This document shows, one piece after another, positions 9,213-17,223 of a DNA stretch of 64,000 nt. The stretch lies in the IMG/VR virus record IMGVR_UViG_3300020576_005257, positions 32,001-96,000 of that record, one strand, 5' to 3'. Positions within the stretch are counted from its first letter, which is position 1; the number at the start of each line of letters is the position of its first letter. Both the position numbers and the translations under genes were made by a program. The notes beneath the pieces are model-generated. The model searched no databases and had not been told where the DNA came from. It saw only the letters and a program-made list of their open reading frames with translations. This stretch comes from a virus. Its lineage: Duplodnaviria; Caudoviricetes.

Positions 9213-9960
9213 AACGGAACTAACACAAGAAAATAAATCTGTAAGAACTCCAGTTCCTAACCCTAAACTTAGAGCTTACTCGGGAGTAAATTTAGATCAC
9301 ATACTTTTAGAATCTCCAACTTCTAAATTTGAAGAAGAAATTTTTAATACTTTGAAAAGATTTCCTCATACTGGAGATTATAAAGTTTATAAATGTCTTT
9401 CTGTTGTATATCAGAATTATTATTATGATACTTTCAAAAATTTTACTAATATTACCTTAATACCTTGTAAAGTAGCATTATTACCGAAAGATGTTACTAT
9501 AGATTCTTTTAAACAATCTTCTTCTTTATATTTTGCTCCTGGTTCGTTTAAAAGAAAAAAAATAGATAAATCTAAATATATTCAACTTGGTCAATGTCAG
9601 TATCAAGATGGTGAAATTTATATAACTTACTTTGGAATTTCTTATTGTATAGAAATTAGATCTATGAAAATAATTCTAGCTTCTACTCAAGACTACTTAG
9701 AATTTTTAGAGGCTATTGGTTGTATTAATTTGAATCTTGAAAAAGAGACTTTGGTTAAAGAATCTATCCAAGTAATTGGATCCTCATTTTGTAATGTAAT
9801 AGATGGAGAAGGTGCTCATATTTTTACAACACCTTTAACTAACCCAACACCATTTTTTACTTATTTGTGTACTACTTTACTTGGCCATCTAACACACTAT
9901 CTACGAGTAAAAGATATTGCTAAGCCTTTAGACTCTAGATTCAAATCAAATGTTGAATAA
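9157..9960 (+). CDS. conserved-Cys paralog family member 4
   Basis: YFGISYCIEI...DYLEFL...VIGSSFCN...TNPTPFFTYLCTTLL. Confidence 0.45.
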   Translation: MLKKELFMQMLKIEKESVKTELTQENKSVRTPVPNPKLRAYSGVNLDHILLESPTSKFEEEIFNTLKRFPHTGDYKVYKCLSVVYQNYYYDTFKNFTNITLIPCKVALLPKDVTIDSFKQSSSLYFAPGSFKRKKIDKSKYIQLGQCQYQDGEIYITYFGISYCIEIRSMKIILASTQDYLEFLEAIGCINLNLEKETLVKESIQVIGSSFCNVIDGEGAHIFTTPLTNPTPFFTYLCTTLLGHLTHYLRVKDIAKPLDSRFKSNVE

Positions 9961-9963
9961 AAA

Positions 9964-10917
9964 ATGAAACCTCCTCTTACTTATCATACTCAATTAGTTT
10001 TCTTTCCTCAACAAGGTGAAAACTTAACACCTAAAGAAATTCACTTAGGAGAATTTCTAACAAATCCTGGTCATTTTGCAAATCATAAGTTTTCATTTGC
10101 AGTTAACAAAGATGGAATTCTTTATTCTTTTGATGAAGTTTTAAAATATGCTTTAAAATCTAATGAAGAACTTGTTGAGGCAGTATTTAGTCGTGGTTCT
10201 TTGTCTCCTTATCCTAATGTTTATTTTTCTTCTTTACCTATAGAAGAACTAAGAAAAGAGATTACTTTTCAATTACCAGTCCAAACGTATGATTATTTTG
10301 ATGCTCTTAAAGTAAGAAATATTAAAGAAACATTTATTGAAAATTCAGCTGAAGACTTTCTCAAAAGTTTTTCTCATCTTCCCCATTTACAACAACTTTC
10401 TATGAAAGCTTTTCCTGTTGAAGTTAGGCAGGAAGTTTACAATACTAAGTATCATTATAAACTAGGTTGTCCTTCTACATTTAAATTTAAACACGGAGAA
10501 AAATCATTCCAAAGTTTTTCCAAATATAAGCTAAATAAAGCCGCCCACAAACTTCTTCTTCCAGATAAATTTTCTACTTCTTATTTAGGCCCAGCTTACT
10601 TTGTTTCTTTTGGTGATTTAAATCTATATATAGTTGTAGCTAAAAAATCTGATTATCTTAAGTTTCTTAAGTGGCATATTTCTAAGTTTAAGTTTTGGAA
10701 CTATTCAAAGATTAAAAAGCAGTTACCTGCTGGGGACTATGTTCTTATTAGTACTTCTTTCTGTGAGAGATTTGATGATTGTAAAGATGGTTCACCACCA
10801 CTTCCACATCAAAGAAATATGACCTTAGATTTATTCCTTTCAACTACTCTTGTTATATACATTAAACAGAAGCTTAGATCTTCTCTGATGTTAACAGGAA
10901 TTGTTTTTTCTAAGTAA
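9964..10917 (+). CDS. conserved-Cys paralog family member 5
   Basis: YLGPAYFVSF...DYLKFL...DYVLISTSFCE...LPHQRNMTLDLFLSTTL. Confidence 0.45.
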   Translation: MKPPLTYHTQLVFFPQQGENLTPKEIHLGEFLTNPGHFANHKFSFAVNKDGILYSFDEVLKYALKSNEELVEAVFSRGSLSPYPNVYFSSLPIEELRKEITFQLPVQTYDYFDALKVRNIKETFIENSAEDFLKSFSHLPHLQQLSMKAFPVEVRQEVYNTKYHYKLGCPSTFKFKHGEKSFQSFSKYKLNKAAHKLLLPDKFSTSYLGPAYFVSFGDLNLYIVVAKKSDYLKFLKWHISKFKFWNYSKIKKQLPAGDYVLISTSFCERFDDCKDGSPPLPHQRNMTLDLFLSTTLVIYIKQKLRSSLMLTGIVFSK

Positions 10918-10935
10918 AGTTATTTTTTTTCCATT

Positions 10936-10996
10936 AAAAACCTATTATGGTTAGGAAACCTTTAGGCTAAAAAAGCTTTATATGGTTTAATTACCA
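10936..10996 (+). promoter_or_regulatory. two copies of the recurring AAAA(A/G)C-N6-TGGT-hairpin element upstream of the Ubl candidate
   Basis: AAAAAC-CTATTA-TGGTT (10936-10952) and AAAAGC-TTTATA-TGGTT (10971-10987), each followed by an ACC that closes a short hairpin. Related copies at 5017, 5552, 6303 and 13155. Confidence 0.4.
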
Positions 10997-11017
10997 ACTA
11001 GTTAAATAGGCAAACGT

Positions 11018-11512
11018 ATGGAAAATGTCAATAAAGTCACAACCCTTCTCTCCAACAAGTCGTTGAATGAAGGAACCACCGTTATCCTGTCCCTCTCCAA
11101 CAATGGAGACGGCGGAAAGCGAATTTCTGTCAATGAGAACTTGACTCTTGGTGAGATTGGTGTAAACCCCCAAGGTGGAGCAGCTGCTGAGCCTTCATTC
11201 GCTGATGTGCAGCTTCGAGTTGCTCAAATCAGTGCTGGTGCTGGTACTCCTGATTCTAAGGCTACGGCTATTAGAGCAGAAATGGATAGCTACCAAGCTC
11301 AGGTCGCTCAGTTCAAGCAAGCTGGCGGTCAGAACATCACTGATCGAGTCATGCAGGGAGTCTGCAACTGGCTCGTTGCTAACAAGGGTTTCACTACTGC
11401 TGATGAAGCTGGTAAGCCGAGAATCTCGGCTGCTGATCTTCAAGTTACCGCTATCCAGACTCAGGGTGGCGAAATGGTGTTCAACGTCGTCGGTTCGTCT
11501 GTCTGGGGTTAA
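11018..11512 (+). CDS. candidate ubiquitin-like (beta-grasp) modifier with helical insertion and exposed C-terminal Gly
   Basis: N-terminal TTVILSLSNNGDGGKRISVNENLTLGEI resembles the beta1-beta2-alpha1 pattern. C-terminal strand GGEMVFNVVGSSVWG* ends in Gly. ThiF gene 1.7 kb downstream. Codon use is distinct from the rest of the window. Confidence 0.5.
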   Translation: MENVNKVTTLLSNKSLNEGTTVILSLSNNGDGGKRISVNENLTLGEIGVNPQGGAAAEPSFADVQLRVAQISAGAGTPDSKATAIRAEMDSYQAQVAQFKQAGGQNITDRVMQGVCNWLVANKGFTTADEAGKPRISAADLQVTAIQTQGGEMVFNVVGSSVWG

Positions 11513-11526
11513 TCTCCTTTCATGAC

Positions 11527-11675
11527 GACCCTTCGGGGTTTGGGTATAACTAATCTTCTCGTATAGGTAGATGCGAGTTGCCGAAAAAAGAAGTTTAAAG
11601 TCACATTATCAGTGGTTGGTGTGACTACTTCTTTATCATTGTAGTGCTACCGCTAGCAATAGTGGTAGCCTACAA
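11527..11675 (+). ncRNA. structured intergenic RNA element with four hairpins
   Basis: GACCC-TTCG-GGGTT (11527-11540); CTCGTAT/ATGCGAG (11558-11577); AAAGAAGT..AGTCACA/TGTGACT-ACTTCTTT (11587-11634); TTGTAG-T-GCTACCGCTA-GCAA-TAGTGGTAGC-CTACAA (11639-11675). Confidence 0.6.
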
Positions 11676-11707
11676 CTTTACAATTTATTTCTTAAAAACT
11701 AATTCTC

Positions 11708-13156
11708 ATGGATAACATTAAAGCATGGCTTAAAAAACATGGTATTGAATCTCATTATGCTCTAGGCCTTAGTGTTCTAGACTTAGCTCTTCTTACAATA
11801 CCAGCTGAAGGTGAAGCTGTTCTCAGCCGGAAATATTCTTCTCAGTCTAAAGCTATAAATCAAAATAGTAACTTTATTATTAAGAACAAAGTTATTTCTA
11901 CTGGAAAGATTGGTAAGAAGTTGGATAAGCCTTCTCAGTATGATGGTATTGATAGTTATATTGTTGACTTGAAACCATACAAAACCTTAGAAGAATTCCC
12001 AGTTGATGAAGATGGTTTGTTAGCTATTCCTAGTTTTATTCAAGAGTTACAATCTGGAAAACATCCTTTTTCTTTTCTGCTTAAACCTGATGGAACACCG
12101 CAAAATAATATTATAATTAATTTTTACAATCTTATTAGTTCTTACGCTTTAAATCCTCTAAGTTCTGAAAATAAAGAAATTGTTCCTTCTTTAACTGAAC
12201 ATGGATCTCAGTTTAAATTCAGGTTTCGCCCAGTACTTAAAACTACACAACTATTGATTACTGATACTGAATGGTATCAAAATATTGTGCATAATTTAGA
12301 AGTTTTAAGTCAAATTCTTCCTTATTCTAGATCTAGAGACTATTTAGCGGCTTTATGGAACTATCCTGAATATGTCAAAACTTCTACTGCCTCAGCCGAA
12401 ACTGAATATAACAAAAAACATCAATTCAGTCTTGAAGAGTTATATAAAGCTGTAGAAACTTCACACTACAAACAACGTAGTGGTTTTAATGCTGATAGAG
12501 CTTCTTATATAGAAGTTAATACTCCAGTTGAAGAGATTGAAAAGATGAAAGAACAGGTTCTACATCATTGTAGATTTATTCCTAATCTGGAAATTAAGGA
12601 TCTTAGAAAGATCAGCTTAGTTTATAACTCTGATGGTGATTTTGCTAATACAGCTGATGCAGTAAATCATCCTAAAACTAAGAGAGATATTGTTTGGTCA
12701 GCTAAAGAAGGTTACCATGTTGTTCCAGTAAATAAAGACTTAGGTCCGCAATGGGGTAGACCAGTAATCTATGTCGGGGAAGCTTGGAGAATTTACTTCA
12801 CAATTGGAGGTGTTGATTATTTACAAAATAACTTTGTTAACTTCGTCACTCCTGAACAATTCCTTGATTGTTATACCAAATTACGACCTGATCTTATTGA
12901 AGAAGGTTGGAAGCCATGGTCAGATTTAATTTTCATTTCAACTGATTGGTGTGAAAGAAATGGTGCTAGAGTTAAACAAACTACTGGTGCTATTGATTTA
13001 CAATCACCCCATCAAAAGAGAATTGCCTTGTGGCAATGGATTATTGGACCACTTGCAGGTAAATGTTTACAAAATGGAAAACCAATAACATCTTTGGGTC
13101 TTCAAGTAGTAAATGGTGCTGATCATAGTTCTCGTCTTAAGAAAATGATATATTAA
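11708..13156 (+). CDS. large member of the conserved-Cys family (putative cognate E2-like enzyme, domain in C-terminal ~140 aa)
   Basis: YVGEAWRIYF...FVTPEQFL...DLIFISTDWCE...SPHQKRIALWQWI; lies between the Ubl candidate and ThiF. Confidence 0.45.
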   Translation: MDNIKAWLKKHGIESHYALGLSVLDLALLTIPAEGEAVLSRKYSSQSKAINQNSNFIIKNKVISTGKIGKKLDKPSQYDGIDSYIVDLKPYKTLEEFPVDEDGLLAIPSFIQELQSGKHPFSFLLKPDGTPQNNIIINFYNLISSYALNPLSSENKEIVPSLTEHGSQFKFRFRPVLKTTQLLITDTEWYQNIVHNLEVLSQILPYSRSRDYLAALWNYPEYVKTSTASAETEYNKKHQFSLEELYKAVETSHYKQRSGFNADRASYIEVNTPVEEIEKMKEQVLHHCRFIPNLEIKDLRKISLVYNSDGDFANTADAVNHPKTKRDIVWSAKEGYHVVPVNKDLGPQWGRPVIYVGEAWRIYFTIGGVDYLQNNFVNFVTPEQFLDCYTKLRPDLIEEGWKPWSDLIFISTDWCERNGARVKQTTGAIDLQSPHQKRIALWQWIIGPLAGKCLQNGKPITSLGLQVVNGADHSSRLKKMIY

Positions 13157-13213
13157 AAAATCACGTTGGGTGTAAAAACCTATCTACCGTAAATTAGGAA
13201 AAAAATAAACCAC

Positions 13214-13999
13214 ATGTATAACTTCCACTTAGTAGGAGCCGGGTCACTAGGTAGTGGCATCGCAATTGAAATCTCTCGCCGTCTTGCAGCTCTAACATGG
13301 CCAGCAAAGCTTGTTATTTACGATGATGATACAGTTGAAGAACGGAATATCTTCTCTCAAGATTTTCTTCCTTCTGACATTGGTAAAGCTAAAGCAGAAG
13401 CAGTAGCTGAGAAATGTGCTCAATACAACTTTGTGGAAGTTGAGTGGCAAAAGGTCCGAGTTGTTGAAGATAATATCAACAAGATTATGGAACTTGATCC
13501 ATTATCAATTATTATTGATGCAGTAGATAATATTGAAGCTCGCCACTTGCTTTGGTACCACACCCTTGCTACAGGTGTTCCTGTTATGCATATGGGAATG
13601 ACCCCAGAAGGAGCTGGTTTAATCAGTTGGACTTGTGAAACACATCATGATAGTTTCAATTTAAGTCCTATGAATATGACTGCTGAAAGTATTAAGCAGC
13701 TTACTTCTGCTCATGACAATAAAATGCCACCCTGCGAATTAAATGGTTTTAGATCTTTGATTTTGAATACCGTACTAGCAGGAGTAAATTCGTTATTTAT
13801 TGCTATTGGTAAAGATTCTTTAAAAGAAATCCAAATTGATGGTGAGCTTCAGGAGTCTCCTGGCACTCTCACTACTTGGAATACTCACATGAGGGGATTT
13901 GAACTTAATCCTCAAATTACTGCTGTAGTGCCTTGGCCAAAGAGTGAAGAGGAACTCTTTATCCTAGAAGCTCAAAGAATGGCTTTAGCAAATGCATAA
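13214..13999 (+). CDS. ThiF/MoeB/E1-family adenylyltransferase
   Basis: LVGAGSLGS nucleotide loop, IYDDDTVEERNIFSQDF, IGKAKAEA, IIDAVDNIEAR. Candidate thioester Cys in PPCE; no Zn-binding CxxC pairs. Confidence 0.9.
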   Translation: MYNFHLVGAGSLGSGIAIEISRRLAALTWPAKLVIYDDDTVEERNIFSQDFLPSDIGKAKAEAVAEKCAQYNFVEVEWQKVRVVEDNINKIMELDPLSIIIDAVDNIEARHLLWYHTLATGVPVMHMGMTPEGAGLISWTCETHHDSFNLSPMNMTAESIKQLTSAHDNKMPPCELNGFRSLILNTVLAGVNSLFIAIGKDSLKEIQIDGELQESPGTLTTWNTHMRGFELNPQITAVVPWPKSEEELFILEAQRMALANA

Positions 14000-16574
14000 T
14001 ATTGATCCACGGTTAGTAACTGATTTAGTTGCAGCTGTAAAACATAACTACGAACATAGAGGCTTACCCATGGCAAAAAAAGAAAATACAACTACTGAAC
14101 AAGTTATTGATAACACAGAGGAAAAAGTAATTATTCCTCCTGGGGATCAAGAAGCTGATACTCAAGAAGAAGTAGCCGTTGCTACTATTGATAAGAAGAA
14201 GGAAGAAGATTTAGGTGAAGTTTTTCCAAACGAAACTAATGTTTTAGTTGTTAGTCCTGGTTTAACTGATAAACATAAGTCTTGTCCATTTGGTGTAGTG
14301 AAATCTCATCACTATACTAATAATGGCGCATATCCTCCAGCCCTCCGGTATAAAATTTCATTCTTCCAGAACGAAGTTGAAGATTTAGTCGAATTTTTTG
14401 CGACTGAAGTTTATGACTTACAACGTATTCTTTCTGAAGATGTTCAAGTAGGGGATACTGCTTATCATAAACAGTCTGGAAAAGTTCTGAATATTACTCG
14501 TGTTACTGTAATTAACAATGAGGATAGAGCATTTGGTTGGTGGCGAGATGGAGTTACTGAAAAGTGTGAACATGTTTCAGTAAAAGATCTTTATCCACTT
14601 ATCAATTCCTTTACTGATCTTACTCAAAGAGGAAAAGTTCAACAAAGTGCTAAAGCTCCTAATACTTCAGCTTTGTTTACTTTGAACAACTCTAGTCCAT
14701 CTAAGGATTCAAGTAGTCAGAGTAGAATTGGTTATGGTGGAAGTTCTTCTAGTTCTGGTTCTGCATACTCTAGTACTAAAACTGGAATTCCAGTTATTGA
14801 TAATCATACTACTAGTAAAGATCCTATCTTAGTTGAAATCGTAGGTGGCGGTAAGTTTACTATTCAACTTACTCCTAAAGAACTTTTAAATGCAACAAAG
14901 GTTCTTGACTTTGAAATCATTGAATGCGGGGGAGATGATAATGTCTCTAAAGATGTTGTCAAACTTATCCTACCATTAGAACGGGCTAGATTTAGTAAAA
15001 CTACCAAAGAGGTACTTTGCTGTGCTTTTGATGCAACTAACGAGTATATGCAAACTATGGGCTTTGGTAAGCTTGGTTTTGCCGCACGAACTTGGTATAA
15101 AGCTCATCCTAAAACAGTCAGTAGTGGCCTACCAGCAGCGTTTACATTTAGTACTCTAAATGAACTAGTTGCTCCTTATGGCTTAGGTATTAGCCGAATC
15201 TTTATCAAGAAGGGGCTAGCTGCTTGGGAAGATACTAAAGCTTGGGAAGAGATTCTCGGAGTTAATCCTGCTGCATCTATGGATAAAACAGTATCTAACG
15301 CTGATTTTATTGATATGATGGGTGGGCCAGAAATGGCAGCTATGGCTGGTTATAATGTTAATGACTGGAGGTTGGAGTATGTAGATAATGTTCCTTCCGA
15401 TATTCCAAGAGTCGGTATGGCTGGTGCTAGTGGTGGATTTGCTTCTGGTGGGGGTCATGCTAGTTTCTACGAGCCCCGTCAACCCATGACAAATTGGACG
15501 ATGGCCTTACAATACGACAGGATTGAAAACTGCAATTGGAAAGGAGTTCCTCCAGTATTTGAATATGCTGATGGAGATTTTGTTCTGAATCTTGATATTG
15601 CTGAATGTCTTGATGTCAATGGAAAGAGACTCAAAGTTTCTGTCTATGACAATATGTCTATTGGACCAGATCCTAAAATTGGTTATTGGTGGGATCCTCC
15701 AACCTACAAAAGCTACACCCCGGCATCAAGCTCACATGGCGGGGGTCAGTCTCACTACAACTATGAAGAGTTTATGGGGAGCGACACAGAGCGTCCTAAA
15801 GGATCTCTTCCTTTAGGTGTGGAAAAAAAAAATCTAATAGACAAGAAAGGAAACTCCTCAGGGAGCAGCGGCGGATCAATAGCAGGAAACAGGAAGCTGA
15901 GCGAATGGATATCAAGCCGCAGCGACGAGGCAGAAGGTGTCGCAAGAATTCTCGCTAGTTTGACCCCTGGTGCTGATGAGGAACTGTCTATAATTCAAAA
16001 TGCTCTTTCTTATGACTCTATAAAAAAGATTGTTAAAACTCCTGATAAGCAGCCATTTTGGAAACACTCCAAAATGGCCCTTAAAAGGACATCTATTATC
16101 AATGCTGTAAAGTCAAGAAATAATCCTCAACTTGAATACATAGGATTGTTTACAGCTGCACTTGGTTATAATTTAGATTCATCAATTGATTGGGAATACT
16201 CTGATTTTCATTATGAGAAAAGAAAAGTTGACGTAATTGTTGATAAATTACTAATTGCATCTAAAAAGTTTGAATTTATTCAATGGTTTGATCTTTTAGT
16301 TGAATCTGATATTAACTCTGGTATAACCATGATTCAAGAGTTGGAAGGTGGTCTTGTCACCTTCCTTGAACTTATTCAAGATGGTGCTACTAGAGCTTTA
16401 ACTGATGTTCAAATTGAAGAAATGTTTATGATTGATCTTGAACCAATCATGGCCCTTCTTCATAAAGCTACTGTAGTAGAAAGAGCTGTTGTTCTTCTAC
16501 GATTAGCAGAACAGGAACCAGAAGAGATTATACTTTTCATGTTAACTCTCTTCATTCTTTTTGCATACGTATAA
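13992..16574 (+). CDS. 860-aa multidomain protein: SH3-like barrels, Ser/Gly linkers, possible Cys-His peptidase-like core, helical C-terminus
   Basis: VQVGDTAYHKQSGKVLNITRV..FGWW (SH3/YodC-like); EVLCCAFDATNEY and GGGHASFY; low-complexity linkers. Confidence 0.45.
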   Translation: MHNIDPRLVTDLVAAVKHNYEHRGLPMAKKENTTTEQVIDNTEEKVIIPPGDQEADTQEEVAVATIDKKKEEDLGEVFPNETNVLVVSPGLTDKHKSCPFGVVKSHHYTNNGAYPPALRYKISFFQNEVEDLVEFFATEVYDLQRILSEDVQVGDTAYHKQSGKVLNITRVTVINNEDRAFGWWRDGVTEKCEHVSVKDLYPLINSFTDLTQRGKVQQSAKAPNTSALFTLNNSSPSKDSSSQSRIGYGGSSSSSGSAYSSTKTGIPVIDNHTTSKDPILVEIVGGGKFTIQLTPKELLNATKVLDFEIIECGGDDNVSKDVVKLILPLERARFSKTTKEVLCCAFDATNEYMQTMGFGKLGFAARTWYKAHPKTVSSGLPAAFTFSTLNELVAPYGLGISRIFIKKGLAAWEDTKAWEEILGVNPAASMDKTVSNADFIDMMGGPEMAAMAGYNVNDWRLEYVDNVPSDIPRVGMAGASGGFASGGGHASFYEPRQPMTNWTMALQYDRIENCNWKGVPPVFEYADGDFVLNLDIAECLDVNGKRLKVSVYDNMSIGPDPKIGYWWDPPTYKSYTPASSSHGGGQSHYNYEEFMGSDTERPKGSLPLGVEKKNLIDKKGNSSGSSGGSIAGNRKLSEWISSRSDEAEGVARILASLTPGADEELSIIQNALSYDSIKKIVKTPDKQPFWKHSKMALKRTSIINAVKSRNNPQLEYIGLFTAALGYNLDSSIDWEYSDFHYEKRKVDVIVDKLLIASKKFEFIQWFDLLVESDINSGITMIQELEGGLVTFLELIQDGATRALTDVQIEEMFMIDLEPIMALLHKATVVERAVVLLRLAEQEPEEIILFMLTLFILFAYV

Positions 16575-16587
16575 AAGAAAATAAAAA

Positions 16588-16619
16588 CCATAGTAGCTAG
16601 TATTTCCTAGCTACTATGG
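16588..16619. terminator. perfect 13-bp inverted repeat between the E1 operon and the transcription module
   Basis: CCATAGTAGCTAG-TATTTC-CTAGCTACTATGG. The A-tract upstream gives a U-tail only on the minus strand. Confidence 0.55.
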
Positions 16620-16758
16620 AGTATAATCTTTAAATGCAAATGTTACCTGTGGCTCTTCACTTATTAACTCGTGGTTTGTTAGCTTTAACAATTTTCCTTG
16701 AAAGTCATCTTTCTCAAAAAGGAAATTTTCCCAAAATTTGATTCTTAGTTTCTGATTT

Positions 16759-17223
16759 ATGAATCACTCTAAGATAGATTTAGAAATTCTATTAAAGATT
16801 TCTGAGATTACTGGGAAGAAGTTTTTCTCTCCCAATTCCTCCAGACTGGAAGAATGTAGAGATCAAATTTTTGATCACTTAATTGATCTTTATTTGGATA
16901 GTAAAAAAACTGGTTTTAAATTATCTGAGTCTTATTGTTGGAAGGTTGCTATAAATCAAGCTTGTACTTGTTATCGAAAGATTAATAAAAGATCTTTTGT
17001 AGGTAATCTAGATTACCTAGTTGCTTCGTATCCTACAGAAAACTCTCTACTTGATCAAATTCACTTATCTATCTTAGCTAATAGTAATGACATAGATGGT
17101 GAAATAATTAATTTGTTAGCTGAAGGATACAAAAGAAAAGAAATTTGTAAAGAATTGAAGATAGTACCAAGTACCCTTAATACTAGGATTGATAGGAATA
17201 GGGGTACAAAATGGAAACTATAA
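16759..17223 (+). CDS. ECF-type sigma-factor-like protein
   Basis: Region-2-like LSESYCWKVAINQACTCYRK (cf. FSTWLYRIARNxxIDxxRK) and region-4 HTH EIINLLAEGYKRKEICKELKIVPSTLNTRIDR. Confidence 0.7.
   Translation: MNHSKIDLEILLKISEITGKKFFSPNSSRLEECRDQIFDHLIDLYLDSKKTGFKLSESYCWKVAINQACTCYRKINKRSFVGNLDYLVASYPTENSLLDQIHLSILANSNDIDGEIINLLAEGYKRKEICKELKIVPSTLNTRIDRNRGTKWKL

Noticed and set aside
11521-11545. Hammerhead ribozyme core suggested by TGACGA followed by a UUCG hairpin
   Set aside because: The sequence is CATGACGA rather than CTGANGA, and no GAAA follows the stem.
13214-13999. ThiF as part of thiamine, molybdopterin or RiPP biosynthesis
   Set aside because: No ThiS/MoaD-sized GG carrier, ThiG, MoaE, rhodanese, YcaO or precursor peptide is visible in the window. 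It cannot be excluded for the rest of the genome.
13992-16574. JAB/MPN metalloprotease in the gene after E1
   Set aside because: No HxH-x7-S-x2-D motif was found.
16623-16628. TATAAT sigma70 -10 box upstream of the sigma-like gene
   Set aside because: There is no -35 or TG extension at the proper spacing, and the hexamer is common in AT-rich DNA.
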